Shown one piece after another: positions 10,623 through 21,211 of a stretch of 64,000 bases of DNA (position 1 is its first letter; each line of letters begins with the position of its first letter). Source of the stretch: Candidatus Nomurabacteria bacterium. GTDB lineage: Bacteria; Patescibacteriota; Minisyncoccia; Phycocordibacterales; UBA9973. The DNA lies in assembly GCA_943350875.1 (NCBI GenBank), contig CALRAL010000003.1, forward strand, positions 25,174 to 89,173, written 5' to 3'. The notes under the pieces were generated by a model, which searched no databases, had not been told where the DNA came from, and saw only the letters and a list, made by a program, of their open reading frames with translations. Position numbers and translations under genes: made by a program.

Positions 10623-11093
10623 ATGAAGAATTTTTATAAAAAAGGAATAAGTATGCTTGAGATGTTGATGGTTGTGGCTATTATTGGGATTATCATGGCA
10701 ATTGTGACACCTCAATTTTCAAAAATAAAAGAGAATCAAGTATTAAAAACAGCTTCTGCTGATGTTTTTTCTTCTATAAATAAAGCTTACTCCCAAACTC
10801 TTGCCTCCTTAAATTCTTCCCAATATGGAGTACACTTTCAATCTGATAAAGTTATAATTTTTAAAGGTACATCTTATGTAGTAAATAATGCAAATAATGA
10901 AACCATAAGCATAATTGCACCTGCGACTATTTCTTCAAGTCTTTCATTAATAGCTGGTGGAACAGTGGTTTCTGACTTGTATTTTAGTCGTCTTTCTGGT
11001 GTCCCAAATGCGATTGGTACTATTACTGTTTCCACTACTTCTTATTCCAAAATAATCACGATATTAGCCACTGGTGCCTTTAGTATAAATTAA
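10623..11093 (+). CDS. Type IV minor pilin / pseudopilin
   Basis: Class III signal KKG|ISMLEML followed by a hydrophobic helix. Confidence 0.85.
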   Translation: MKNFYKKGISMLEMLMVVAIIGIIMAIVTPQFSKIKENQVLKTASADVFSSINKAYSQTLASLNSSQYGVHFQSDKVIIFKGTSYVVNNANNETISIIAPATISSSLSLIAGGTVVSDLYFSRLSGVPNAIGTITVSTTSYSKIITILATGAFSIN

Positions 11094-11620
11094 TGTTTAA
11101 TTTTTTTAAAAAAAATAAAAAGTGTGGTGGATTTCTAATGGTGGAAATGATGATAGCTGTGTCTATAATTAGTATATTAGTTTTAGTTGTTATGTCTGTA
11201 GCAAGCAAATCTATCACTGTATCTCGCCAAGCTTTACATGTATCACAAGCAAATTTTCTTCTGGAAGAAGGTGCTGAAGTAGTCAGAATTTTTAGAGATA
11301 ATAATTCTTGGTCATCAGGAACAAATTTTACAAATATGTTTTATAATTTTGCAGTTCGTTATATCCCTAGTTCTATTTCTAGTTGGACTACATCTTTACC
11401 ATATATGTCTTTTGGTAATTTAGTTGGTATTTTTACTCGGACAGTCAGAGCAGATCCAGTAAGTCGTGATAATATTACTAATGATATTGTTGCTAATGGA
11501 GCATCGAATAGTAGTGTTGATTCTGGTACGAAATTAATGACAATCACAGTATCTTGGCCAGAGGGCGAAATCACAGTCACTAAAACTTTAAAATTTTATA
11601 TAATGGATATTTTTTCATGA
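11093..11620 (+). CDS. Type IV minor pilin (PilV-like)
   Basis: GG|FLMVEMM signal; C-terminal KLMTITVSW. Confidence 0.8.
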   Translation: MFNFFKKNKKCGGFLMVEMMIAVSIISILVLVVMSVASKSITVSRQALHVSQANFLLEEGAEVVRIFRDNNSWSSGTNFTNMFYNFAVRYIPSSISSWTTSLPYMSFGNLVGIFTRTVRADPVSRDNITNDIVANGASNSSVDSGTKLMTITVSWPEGEITVTKTLKFYIMDIFS

Positions 11621-12141
11621 TTATAATTAAAATTAATAAAAAAAATTTTATAGGAAAGAAAAATAAAGGAGATACTCTAGTAGAAACTCTTTTTTATATA
11701 GCACTTTTTGCTGTCCTTTCTATCGCAGTAATAAATTCAATGATCACCATGATGAAGTCTTTTAAAGAAACAGCGATACAGAGAGAGTTAGCCCAAGGAG
11801 CAAATATTATGGAGAGAATTTCTCGTGAAATAAGAGGTGCTTCCAGTGTTAGTTTTACAAACTCAAATGATATAATTTTAACAGAAACGGGGAAGACTTT
11901 AGAGTTTAAAATGTCTGTTGGTACTAATTATATTCAACTTATAGATACTCCCACTTCAGGTAGTCCCACTATAGCTAATTTAAATCCTTCCAATGTTGCA
12001 GTTTCTGGTTTAACCTTCACACAGATTACAACAGCAAAAGGTGTAGCAGTGAAAGTGTTTTTAACTATTTATTCCAATCATGATACATCAAGTCGCACAG
12101 AAAACTTTTATGATACAATAGTTTTGCGTGGAGATTATTAA
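11617..12141 (+). CDS. Type IV minor pilin (PilW-like)
   Basis: KG|DTLVETL signal (unusual Asp at +1), MERISREIR. Confidence 0.8.
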   Translation: MIIIKINKKNFIGKKNKGDTLVETLFYIALFAVLSIAVINSMITMMKSFKETAIQRELAQGANIMERISREIRGASSVSFTNSNDIILTETGKTLEFKMSVGTNYIQLIDTPTSGSPTIANLNPSNVAVSGLTFTQITTAKGVAVKVFLTIYSNHDTSSRTENFYDTIVLRGDY

Positions 12142-12143
12142 TT

Positions 12144-13937
12144 ATGAAAATAAATTTTAATTTTCTTAAAAAAGAAAACTTGCCTGCCAATAGGCAGGGT
12201 GGGGCAGCAATGCTGATATCTGTAGTTTTTTTTATTTTTATTTCTCTGGCTATTGTTTCTGGACTAGTATCACCCACAGTGCGTGATTTTAAAAATTCTA
12301 CTGTAAATTTGAATTCTAAAAAATCATATTTTTTATCTGAATCAGGTATAGAAGATGCGACATATCGTATTGTAAAAAATAAAACAATTGGATCAAGTGA
12401 GACTATTACTCTCGATTCAAATACTGTGACAACAACGATTACGTCTGTTTCAGGTAGTATAAAACAAATAAGTTCAGAAATAATTTCCGGTGGAAACGCT
12501 CCTATTTATAATCGTAAGAATAGTGCCACGCTTACAAGTAGTGCTGGGACTTCTTTTAACTATGGTGTCCAAGTAGGACAAGGCGGAGTGTATCTTTCAA
12601 GTGGTACGATAAATGGTAATGTGTATGCCAATGGACCGATTATGGTTGATGACTCTAACAATAATGCTATTACTGGTACTGCTATTTCGGCTAATAGTCC
12701 AGCTTTGACTTCCGACCAGTCCAATGGTGCTGGCACTCCTGCTTATAATATTGTTTTTGGTAATGCCAATAGTGCTCAAGATATAGCTCAGAGTTTTCAA
12801 GTTTCAACTGACCAAAATCCATTTAATAAAATACGATTATATATTAAAAAAGTTGGCTCACCGAGCGATGCTACTATTAAAATAGTGAATGATTCAAATG
12901 GCCTTCCTGGAAACACTGTATTTGCCACTGGTACACTTTTAGCTTCCTCTGTGACAATTTCTTATGGTTGGCTTGATATAACTTTTGATTCTAATCCATT
13001 ATTGGATATTAATACTACATATTGGATTACAGTAAATGCTAGTAGTTCGAGTAGCAAATATTATACTATTGGTGCATCAAATGGAGGCTATCCTAATGGT
13101 CTTGGTAAAATTGGTCAAGTAGGTGGAACTTGGAACAGTACCACACCTTCCGGACTCGATTATTTTTTCAGTATTTATTTAGGTGGGGTGAATGGTTCAA
13201 TTATTGGAGATAATGTAAACAATCAACTGCACATAGGCACTGTTTCCGGTACAGCTCAAGCCCATACAGTAAATTATGTAACTGCTACTGGAAACATTTA
13301 TTGTGTCTTTGGTACTGGAAATAATAAATCTTGTACTTCGCAAGCAGATCCGACTTATATAGCTTATCCAATTTCTGATGCCAATATTACCCAATGGCAA
13401 GCCGATGCTCTAGCTGGAGGTATTTCTAATGGTAATTATTCTGTAGGCGGGGCTGGAGCAACTTTAGGTCCTAAAAAAATAGTTGGTGATTTATCTGTTT
13501 CTGATAGTGGTGTCTTGACTGTGTCTGGGACATTGTGGGTGACAGGTAATATTAATTTATCTGGTAACGGAACAATTCAATTGGCTTCTAGCTATGGGAC
13601 AAATGATGGAGTATTGGTTGTTGATGGTACTGTGTCTGTTTCTGGTGGTGGTCATGCTACTGGCTCAGGAATAGCCGGTAGTTATATTATGATGCTTACT
13701 AATGATTCTTCTGAAAATGCTGTTAAAATAGTTGGCGGAGCTGGAGCAGTTATTGTCTATGCCCCAAATGGTACTATTGAAATAGGAGGCGGTGCTAGCC
13801 TGAAAGAGGCAACTGGATATAAAGTTAAAATTGAAGGTAGATCGAGTATTACCTACGAGTCTGGCTTGGCAAACAGCAATTTCTCGAGTGGACCTTCTGG
13901 TTCGTGGACAGTGGGAGGCTGGGGTGAAACACAGTAA
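12144..13937 (+). CDS. PilX-like pilin with large beta-rich C-terminal region
   Basis: G|AAMLISV signal lacking E5, SYFLSESGIEDA, last gene of the minor pilin cluster. Confidence 0.75.
   Translation: MKINFNFLKKENLPANRQGGAAMLISVVFFIFISLAIVSGLVSPTVRDFKNSTVNLNSKKSYFLSESGIEDATYRIVKNKTIGSSETITLDSNTVTTTITSVSGSIKQISSEIISGGNAPIYNRKNSATLTSSAGTSFNYGVQVGQGGVYLSSGTINGNVYANGPIMVDDSNNNAITGTAISANSPALTSDQSNGAGTPAYNIVFGNANSAQDIAQSFQVSTDQNPFNKIRLYIKKVGSPSDATIKIVNDSNGLPGNTVFATGTLLASSVTISYGWLDITFDSNPLLDINTTYWITVNASSSSSKYYTIGASNGGYPNGLGKIGQVGGTWNSTTPSGLDYFFSIYLGGVNGSIIGDNVNNQLHIGTVSGTAQAHTVNYVTATGNIYCVFGTGNNKSCTSQADPTYIAYPISDANITQWQADALAGGISNGNYSVGGAGATLGPKKIVGDLSVSDSGVLTVSGTLWVTGNINLSGNGTIQLASSYGTNDGVLVVDGTVSVSGGGHATGSGIAGSYIMMLTNDSSENAVKIVGGAGAVIVYAPNGTIEIGGGASLKEATGYKVKIEGRSSITYESGLANSNFSSGPSGSWTVGGWGETQ
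12179..12198. repeat. Short family A palindrome in the PilX-like leader peptide (LPANRQ)
   Basis: CTTGCCTGCCAATAGGCAGG, similar to 2218-2237. Confidence 0.65.
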
Positions 13938-13961
13938 TTTAAATAATGGTATAATCTTTTT

Positions 13962-14750
13962 ATGTCTAAAAAAATAGTAATTGCCAATTGGAAAATGAAT
14001 CCGCTTTCATTAAAAGAAGCAGAGAAATTATTTTCTGATATAGCCAAACTTGTTTTAGATATTAAAAAAACAAAAATTGTTGTCTGTCCACCTATTGTGT
14101 ACACAGAGAAATTAAAAAAGCTTTCCCTCGGCTGTACGGGCAAGGCTAGAAAAATAATTCTTGGTGTACAAGATGCCTTTTATGAAGATATGGGAGCTTA
14201 TACAGGTAAAATTAGCACAGAAATGCTTTATAATATCGGGGCTAGGTATATTATTTTAGGGCATTCTGAAACACGAGCATTAGGGGATACAAATCAAGAT
14301 GTAAATAAAAAGATTAAATCTTCGCTCAAAGCAGGACTCTCGCCGGTACTTTGTATTGGAGAGAATGTACGAGATGAGAATCATGAATATTTAAATGCTA
14401 TTAAAACTCAAATTTTTGAGTGCTTGAATGGAGTTTCTAAAGCTTCATTTTCCAAGATAATCATCGCTTATGAGCCAATTTGGTCCATTTCTACTACAGT
14501 GAATCATCATAATGCGACTCCGACAGACTCCATAGAGATGATCATATTTATAAAGAAAGTTCTTTCTGATATTAGCTCGCCAGATATAGCTCAAAGTATG
14601 CGTATGATATATGGTGGTTCTGTGAACAAAAAAAACACTTTTGATTTTTTGAAGAATGGTGGAGTCTCTGGTGTGCTAATTGGTAAAGCGAGTTTGGATG
14701 CAAAAGAATTTTCTGAAATAGTAAAAATTACTGAAAATGAAATCAATTAA
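13962..14750 (+). CDS. tpiA: Triosephosphate isomerase
   Basis: ANWKMN, GHSETR, AYEPIW, YGGSV. Confidence 0.95.
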   Translation: MSKKIVIANWKMNPLSLKEAEKLFSDIAKLVLDIKKTKIVVCPPIVYTEKLKKLSLGCTGKARKIILGVQDAFYEDMGAYTGKISTEMLYNIGARYIILGHSETRALGDTNQDVNKKIKSSLKAGLSPVLCIGENVRDENHEYLNAIKTQIFECLNGVSKASFSKIIIAYEPIWSISTTVNHHNATPTDSIEMIIFIKKVLSDISSPDIAQSMRMIYGGSVNKKNTFDFLKNGGVSGVLIGKASLDAKEFSEIVKITENEIN

Positions 14751-15888
14751 ACAATTAAAAAATGTAAAAGGTAAAGTATCTCTGGTGCGAGTTGATTTTA
14801 ATGTGCCCATCAAAGATGGGGTAGTGGAAGATGATTTTAGAATCAAAAAAGCTCTACCCACTATTAAATTTTTAATCAAAAAAGGTATGAAAGTAGTCCT
14901 CATTACTCATTTAGGCAAAGGCGGTGAGACACTGTTACCTGTGGCAAAAGCTTTAAATAAATTTATTAAAACAAAATTTATACCGGAAATAATAAGTGAA
15001 AATGTTTCAAAAGCAGTTAGAGAGATGAAAAATGGTGATGTTATTTTGCTTGAGAATCTAAGGAATGATAAAGGGGAACAGTCTGGTGATAAATTTTTTG
15101 CCATGAATTTGGCTAAATTAGCAGACCCGACCTTAAGTGGACGGGCAGGCATCTATGTAAATGAAGCATTTCCAGTTTCGCATAGAGATGATTCCTCAAT
15201 AGTGCTTTTACCTAAGCTTTTACCGAGTTTTGCTGGACTTCAGATGGAGCTAGAAGTGAAAAATCTTTCTAAAGTCATGAAAAATCCAAAGCATCCATTT
15301 TTATTTATTTTGGGTGGAGCTAAATTTTCGACTAAAATGCCTCTAATCAAGAAATATTTAAAATTAGCAGATTATGTATTTATAGCTGGGGCATTACTAG
15401 ATGATTTCTTAAAAGATGAAGGCTATGAAGTGGGTCAATCTTTGGTAGATGATGAAAACTTTGGGATAGATAAAATTTTAAAAAACAAAAAACTTATTTT
15501 ACCTGTCGATGTGGTTGTACAACACAAAGATAGTTTGATAAATAAAAAAGTAAATGAGATAAATAAAGATGAAATAATCATAGATATAGGGAGTGAGTCA
15601 GTCGAAATGCTAAAACCTTATATCAAAAATTCCAAATTAATACTTTGGAACGGTCCTTTGGGTAAATATGAGTCTGGTGGTGGAGTTGCCACAAAAGAAG
15701 TATTAAAATTAGTTGCAAAAAGTAAAGCGGAAAGTGTTATTGGAGGAGGTGATACCGTGGAGATAATTTCTGAAATGACTAATAAAAATTTTAGCGAAAA
15801 TAAATTCTCTTTTGTTTCAACTGGTGGTGGTGCTACTTTGGACTTTTTAGTAAATGGTACATTACCAGGGATTAAAGCATTGAAATAA
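14737..15888 (+). CDS. pgk: Phosphoglycerate kinase
   Basis: RVDFNVP, LLENLR, WNGPLG, GGGDT, STGGGA. Confidence 0.96.
   Translation: MKSIKQLKNVKGKVSLVRVDFNVPIKDGVVEDDFRIKKALPTIKFLIKKGMKVVLITHLGKGGETLLPVAKALNKFIKTKFIPEIISENVSKAVREMKNGDVILLENLRNDKGEQSGDKFFAMNLAKLADPTLSGRAGIYVNEAFPVSHRDDSSIVLLPKLLPSFAGLQMELEVKNLSKVMKNPKHPFLFILGGAKFSTKMPLIKKYLKLADYVFIAGALLDDFLKDEGYEVGQSLVDDENFGIDKILKNKKLILPVDVVVQHKDSLINKKVNEINKDEIIIDIGSESVEMLKPYIKNSKLILWNGPLGKYESGGGVATKEVLKLVAKSKAESVIGGGDTVEIISEMTNKNFSENKFSFVSTGGGATLDFLVNGTLPGIKALK
15126..15149 (-). repeat. 24-bp CCTG+hairpin element in pgk (PTLSGRAG)
   Basis: Reverse complement CCTG-CCCGTCC-ACTTAA-GGTCGGG; splits the usual LAD-IYVNEAF motif. Confidence 0.7.
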
Positions 15889-15987
15889 ATTTTTTCGCAA
15901 GGTATTTCTTTTTTAATTATTTTACAAAATATACAATCGTCTTTTTTTTATAAGATATATTTTAACATATATGTTAAAATTTGCTCT

Positions 15988-17691
15988 ATGCAAAAGTATG
16001 GGGAATTATTAAGAATGCTATTAGAGAAGAGAGGTATAAAGGACGAGGCGCAAGCTGAAGTTTTTCTTAACCCATCTTATAAAAGGGATCTTCACGATCC
16101 GTTTTTAATGAGAGATATGAATGTGGCTTGTGAGAGGATTCTGGAAGCCATAAAAAATAATGAAAGAATAGTTATTTATGCGGATTATGATTGTGATGGT
16201 ATTCCCGGGGCGGTGATTTTACATGATTTGTTTACTAAATTAGATTATAAAAATTACGAGGTTTATATTCCCCAGAGGAATTCGGAAGGTTATGGGTTAA
16301 ATAGTGAGGCAATAGAAATATTTTCAAAAAGTAATGCGAAATTAATAATTACCATAGACTTGGGTATTACAGCTATAGATGAAGTAGCACAAGCAAATGG
16401 CCTTGGCATAGATGTGATTATTACAGATCATCATTTACCTCACAAGAATTTACCAAAAGCTTTGGCCATTTTAAATCCCAAAGTGGATAGTTATCCAGAG
16501 AAGATGTTGTGTGGAGCAGGAGTTGTTTTTAAATTAGTACAGGGTTTAATTCAAAAGATAGTTCCTCAAGGACTTGTCTTGGACCCTCTAAAGGCAAGAC
16601 CTTTCCCCACTATCCTTGATGGTTGGGAGAAATGGATGCTTGATATGGCAGGGCTTGCCACACTTTCAGATATGGTCCCACTTACAGGAGAGAATAGGGC
16701 TATATCTTATTTCGGAATGAAAGTTTTAAGGAAGTCCCCACGTCCAGGATTGATTAAGCTTCTTGCAAAAATGAAAGTGGATCAGAAGTATATGTCAGAA
16801 GATGATGTGAGTTTTATGATTACTCCTAAAATAAATGTCGCTTCTCGCATGGGTGACCCAGTAAAAGCGTATGAACTTCTTTCTGCAAAGGATGAGGCAC
16901 AGGCCGGGGCTATTGTGGATTATTTATTAAAAATAAATGATGAAAGAAAAACTATGGTGACAGGCATAATGCGAGAAGTAAATAAAAAATTAAGCGTAAG
17001 AGAAACAAAAGAAGTAATAGTGATAGGTAATGGTGAATGGAGGGTTGGAGTTTTGGGACTTGTAGCAGGGAAAATCTGTGATGAATATCAAAAGCCAGTT
17101 TTTGTATGGGGCAGAGATGAAAATGACGCTATAAAAGGTTCTTGTCGTTCGGATGGGTCCGTGTCGGTGGTTGAGCTTATGACTGAAGCTACTGAACACT
17201 TTTCTGATTTTGGTGGTCATGAACTAGCAGGAGGTTTTACTGTCCGAAACGATAAAATTCATTTTTTGGAAGATGCTTTATCTGTTGTATTTTTAAAAAT
17301 TTGCGGGAAAAGGCAAGACCTTAAGGAGATTCAAGGTCTTGCATTGAAGAGCGATCTAACTATAAATCTGGGGCAGGTGAATATGAAAAATTGGAATGAG
17401 ATAGAGAAGATGGCGCCTTTTGGCCTAGCAAATCATAAACCAATTTTTCTTTTTGAAAATGTAAAAATAGAAAAAATAAAAAAATTTGGCAAAAATGGTT
17501 CAGGCGAGCATTTGGAAATAATATTTTCTGATTCTTTAGGTAAAGTAAAGGCAATTTCTTTTTTCTCTACCGTTGATTCCTTTAAAAGGACAATCTCAGG
17601 CGGAGAGAGGGTTAAATTACTAGCAAGTTTTGATTTGTCTTATTTTGGTGGTAAAAAAGAGCTTCGATTACGAATTATTGATATAATATAA
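15988..17691 (+). CDS. recJ: ssDNA-specific exonuclease RecJ
   Basis: DYDCDG, ITDHH, DMVPL, GSCRS, GGHELAGG. Confidence 0.95.
   Translation: MQKYGELLRMLLEKRGIKDEAQAEVFLNPSYKRDLHDPFLMRDMNVACERILEAIKNNERIVIYADYDCDGIPGAVILHDLFTKLDYKNYEVYIPQRNSEGYGLNSEAIEIFSKSNAKLIITIDLGITAIDEVAQANGLGIDVIITDHHLPHKNLPKALAILNPKVDSYPEKMLCGAGVVFKLVQGLIQKIVPQGLVLDPLKARPFPTILDGWEKWMLDMAGLATLSDMVPLTGENRAISYFGMKVLRKSPRPGLIKLLAKMKVDQKYMSEDDVSFMITPKINVASRMGDPVKAYELLSAKDEAQAGAIVDYLLKINDERKTMVTGIMREVNKKLSVRETKEVIVIGNGEWRVGVLGLVAGKICDEYQKPVFVWGRDENDAIKGSCRSDGSVSVVELMTEATEHFSDFGGHELAGGFTVRNDKIHFLEDALSVVFLKICGKRQDLKEIQGLALKSDLTINLGQVNMKNWNEIEKMAPFGLANHKPIFLFENVKIEKIKKFGKNGSGEHLEIIFSDSLGKVKAISFFSTVDSFKRTISGGERVKLLASFDLSYFGGKKELRLRIIDII
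16564..16608 (+). repeat. 45-bp double-hairpin element, family B (AGG-N5-CCT), in recJ (PQGLVLDPLKARPFP)
   Basis: Closely matches 18575-18619 in comEC. Confidence 0.88.
17301..17352 (-). repeat. Family B element, opposite orientation, in recJ (CGKRQDLKEIQGLALKS)
   Basis: GCGGGAAAAGG-CAAGA-CCTT...CAAGG-TCTTG-CATTGAAGAGC; reverse complement aligns with the comEC copy. Confidence 0.82.
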
Positions 17692-17696
17692 AGACG

Positions 17697-18227
17697 ATGA
17701 AGAATGATGAGATTATAGTTTATACAGATGGTAGCTCGCTTGGGAATCCTGGGCGGGGCGGTTGGGCTTCTGTTTTAGTGATGCCGGAGGATAAAGTCAG
17801 AGAGTTAGGGGGAAGAGAAAATGAATCCACAAATAACAGGATGGAGATAACAGCTGCTATTGAAGCATTGAAGTTTATTGAGGAGAGAAAAGTAAAAGCA
17901 AAAAGAATAAAAATACACACTGATTCACTTTATTTATTAAATGGTATCACAATGTGGATCTATGTTTGGGTCAAGAATAATTGGCGCACCAAAGGCAAAG
18001 ATCCAGTCCTCAATAAAGATCTATGGGAAATACTTTTTAAAGTTCATTCTAATTTAAAGATGAAATATGAGATAGATTGGATAAAAGTTGAAGGGCACGC
18101 TGGGGTAGATCTAAATGAAAGGTGTGATGTTATAGCTACGAATTTGGCTGGAGAAGAAAGAATGGTTCTATTTACTGGAGATATTAAAGACTATAAAAAA
18201 CTTTTTAGATTCTCTAATATAACTTAA
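17697..18227 (+). CDS. rnhA: Ribonuclease HI
   Basis: YTDGS, TNNRME, TDS, NKDLW, GHAG..NERCD. Confidence 0.95.
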   Translation: MKNDEIIVYTDGSSLGNPGRGGWASVLVMPEDKVRELGGRENESTNNRMEITAAIEALKFIEERKVKAKRIKIHTDSLYLLNGITMWIYVWVKNNWRTKGKDPVLNKDLWEILFKVHSNLKMKYEIDWIKVEGHAGVDLNERCDVIATNLAGEERMVLFTGDIKDYKKLFRFSNIT

Positions 18228-18229
18228 TA

Positions 18230-19750
18230 ATGAAAGACAAAGCTTTTTACGCTTGTTGTTTTGGTGTCATATTTGGGATATTTTTACGTTCTTTTATTGC
18301 AATAGACATTTATGCACTTATATTTTTTGCTTTAATTTCTATCTCTTTGCTCTTGTTTTTTAGCTTTATCTCAAAAAGAAAATTAGGAATAATATTTTCG
18401 ATTTTTCTATTTGCTTTTTGTTTAGGTGTTTTCAGGTTTCATATATATGACAAAATAAATCCTGATATTTTTGAAACAAAAGTGGGTAAAGAATTTTCTT
18501 TTTCTGGGTTAATAATAGATGAACCAAGCGTTGCAGAAAATAATCAGAAATTAATTATTGAAACAGGATTGGCTCCTCAAGGACTCGCCTTGGACTCCCT
18601 TAAGGCAAGACCTTTTCCCGCCAAAAGTCGCATTTTGGTATCTACGAATTTTGATGAGAGTTTTAAATATGGTGACGAGATAAGTTTTAAGGGAATTTTA
18701 GAAAAACCGGAGAATTTTATTACAGATCAGGGCAAAGAATTTGATTATGTAAATTATCTCAAAAAAGACGGAATATTTTACGTGATGAAATACCCAAAAA
18801 TAGATATTTTGTCCCATAGTAACGGAAGTTTTATAAAAAGTATCTTATTTTCTGCAAAAGAAAAGTTTCTGGATAAAATAAATTTTGTAATTCCAGAACC
18901 AGAGAGCTTACTCATGGGCGGACTTATTTTAGGCGAAAAATCTTCGTTTGGTCAAGAATTAAGGCAAAGTTTTGTAAATACTGGGACTATCCACATAGTG
19001 GCTTTATCTGGGTACAATGTGACAATAGTAGCCGAATGGTTTATGAAATTATTTTCTTTTTTACCTATAAATTTTAGTATTTTTGCTGGTATTTTAGCCA
19101 TCTTACTTTTTATCTTGATGACTGGAGGATCTTCCACTGCTATCAGAGCAGGGGTAATGGCAACTTTGGCTTTGATAGCCCGCGCCACTGGTAGGAATTA
19201 TGATGTGGCGCGGGCGCTTATTCTCTCTGGTGTAGTGATGCTCCTATTTAATCCACTTTTGCTAGTGTATGATGTGTCATTTCAACTATCTTTTTTGGCG
19301 ACCATTGCGGTAATATTTTTGACGCCAAAAATTGAGAAATACTTTTTTTGGGTGACGGAAAGATTTGGTCTGCGGGATGTCGTATCTATCACATTTTCTG
19401 CTTACATTTTTGTGATGCCTTTTATTTTGTATAAGATGGGGAACCTTTCGTTGGTGGCTTTACCTACAAATGTTTTGGTTCTCCCATTTATTCCGTTTAC
19501 CATGTTACTAGGATTTGTGACTGGATTTATAGGACTTATTTCAAGTATCCTAGCTATCCCTCTTGGGTATATTTCTTACTTTTTCTTACATTATGAATTA
19601 TTTATAATTAATTTATTCTCAAACATTCCATTTTCTTCCATATCTATATCAAATTTCCCATTGTTTATTACAATTTTAATTTACATAGTTTTTATTTACA
19701 AAATTTTCGGCACAGATGTTAAAAAACTTTTTACTGTTTTGCCTGAATAA
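18230..19750 (+). CDS. comEC: ComEC/Rec2 competence channel (OB-like + Competence domain, no MBL domain)
   Basis: GTIHIVALSGYN, SFQLSFLAT, multiple TM helices. Confidence 0.9.
   Translation: MKDKAFYACCFGVIFGIFLRSFIAIDIYALIFFALISISLLLFFSFISKRKLGIIFSIFLFAFCLGVFRFHIYDKINPDIFETKVGKEFSFSGLIIDEPSVAENNQKLIIETGLAPQGLALDSLKARPFPAKSRILVSTNFDESFKYGDEISFKGILEKPENFITDQGKEFDYVNYLKKDGIFYVMKYPKIDILSHSNGSFIKSILFSAKEKFLDKINFVIPEPESLLMGGLILGEKSSFGQELRQSFVNTGTIHIVALSGYNVTIVAEWFMKLFSFLPINFSIFAGILAILLFILMTGGSSTAIRAGVMATLALIARATGRNYDVARALILSGVVMLLFNPLLLVYDVSFQLSFLATIAVIFLTPKIEKYFFWVTERFGLRDVVSITFSAYIFVMPFILYKMGNLSLVALPTNVLVLPFIPFTMLLGFVTGFIGLISSILAIPLGYISYFFLHYELFIINLFSNIPFSSISISNFPLFITILIYIVFIYKIFGTDVKKLFTVLPE
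18569..18624 (+). repeat. Family B element in comEC (LAPQGLALDSLKARPFPA)
   Basis: TTGGCTCCTCAAGG-ACTCG-CCTT...AAGG-CAAGA-CCTTTTCCCGCCAA; both ends equal the reverse complement of argS 25266-25324. Confidence 0.9.
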
Positions 19751-20327
19751 AGTTTTTTTCAACTGCTTCCCAATTTAAATTTTCAAAAAATGCTTCAATG
19801 TAATGTTTTTTCCCACTTGGTTGAAAGTCTGTGATAAAAGCATGTTCCCACATATCAAGTGCAAGGATGAGTTTGCAGTCTTGAAGTTGTCCTAAATGCT
19901 GTTCATCTACCCAGGCATTCATTAATTTGTTTTCTTTTTTATCAAAATAAAGCATAGCCCAACCGACGCCTCGGATGGTAGCGATACTTTTAAATAATTC
20001 TAGCCATTTTTCAAATGATCCCCATTCTGAAGATATCGCTTTTTTGAGTTCGCTATTTTCTGTCAGATTATTTGATTTTCCAGACAAAGAATTGAAATAA
20101 ATTTCATGATTACGCATACCATTGTATTCAAAACCAAATCTTCTCTGTAATCCACTCAAAATGCCTATATTTTCTTCAGGTTTTACAGATAGTTCTTCTA
20201 TTTTAGCCAGCACTAAGTTTGATTGATTCACATACCCCGCATAGAGTTTTAGATGTTCCTCGATGTTTTTAGCACTTATGCCTTTTAACTCACCAATGTT
20301 AAACTTCTGTTCTTCAAATTTTTTCAT
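19731..20327 (-). CDS. Fe/Mn superoxide dismutase
   Basis: EEHLKLYAGYV, NHEIYF, GVGWA, DMWEHAF; metal specificity not assignable. Confidence 0.9.
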   Translation of the reverse strand: MKKFEEQKFNIGELKGISAKNIEEHLKLYAGYVNQSNLVLAKIEELSVKPEENIGILSGLQRRFGFEYNGMRNHEIYFNSLSGKSNNLTENSELKKAISSEWGSFEKWLELFKSIATIRGVGWAMLYFDKKENKLMNAWVDEQHLGQLQDCKLILALDMWEHAFITDFQPSGKKHYIEAFFENLNWEAVEKNFIQAKQ

Positions 20328-20341
20328 GCTAGTATTATAAC

Positions 20342-21211
20342 ATGCTTCTATATTGCAAAAAGTATGGACTGTTGATTTTTATTTTAGTCCTGATTTTTGC
20401 AGACTTTTTCATTTTTAAAATTGATTTACAAAGTTCAAATCATGAGCTTACTTTTGCGATGCTTGATATTGGGCAAGGTGATGCTATTTTTATACAATCG
20501 CCGACTGGTACACAGATCATGTTTGATGGTGGGCCGATACATAAAGTTCTAGGTCCACTTTCTCGTGTCATGCCTTTCTATGATAAAACTATAGATGCGA
20601 TTGTTATTACAAATCCTGATGCAGATCACATCGGAGGATTTTTAGATATTTTAAAGAATTATAAAGTTAGTACGGTATTTGAGCCAGGAACGAGTAATGT
20701 GTCAAAAACATATCAGAATTTAGAAAATGAAATAAAAAAACAAAATATTAAAGATGTTTTAGTAAAAAGGGGGATGAGGTTAGATATCGGCGGGGGAGCA
20801 TATATAGATATTTTATTCCCGGATCGTGATGTGTCTTCTTGGAGTACAAATGACGGTTCTATAGTGGCAAGACTTGTATATGGTAACACCTCTGTGATGC
20901 TGACTGGAGATGCGACAAAGATGACAGAGCAAATAGTTATGGCAGAGAATTCACCTTCGAAATTAAAAAGTAATATTTTGAAAGTTGGACATCATGGCTC
21001 ACATACTTCTACATCAGCAGAATTTATACAGGAAGTTGCGCCTGCTTATGCGCTCATTTCTGATGGTAAAAATAATAAATATGGACATCCGCATCAAGAA
21101 ACTCTAGACACTTTGAATAATTTTGGCACGAAGATTTTTAGGACTGATTTGTTGGGTACTATAATTATAAATTCAGATGGAGAAAAGTTTTCTTTCATCA
21201 CGAATTTTTGA
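20342..21211 (+). CDS. ComEC-type metallo-beta-lactamase-fold protein
   Basis: LDIGQGDA, TNPDADHIGG, LTGDA, KVGHHGS, YGHPH. Confidence 0.88.
   Translation: MLLYCKKYGLLIFILVLIFADFFIFKIDLQSSNHELTFAMLDIGQGDAIFIQSPTGTQIMFDGGPIHKVLGPLSRVMPFYDKTIDAIVITNPDADHIGGFLDILKNYKVSTVFEPGTSNVSKTYQNLENEIKKQNIKDVLVKRGMRLDIGGGAYIDILFPDRDVSSWSTNDGSIVARLVYGNTSVMLTGDATKMTEQIVMAENSPSKLKSNILKVGHHGSHTSTSAEFIQEVAPAYALISDGKNNKYGHPHQETLDTLNNFGTKIFRTDLLGTIIINSDGEKFSFITNF

Noticed and set aside
14121-14144. Palindromic insert in tpiA (LSLGCTGK)
   Set aside because: CTTTCCC/GGGCAAG is a weak stem with no clear sibling in the window; left out of the features pending orthologue alignment.
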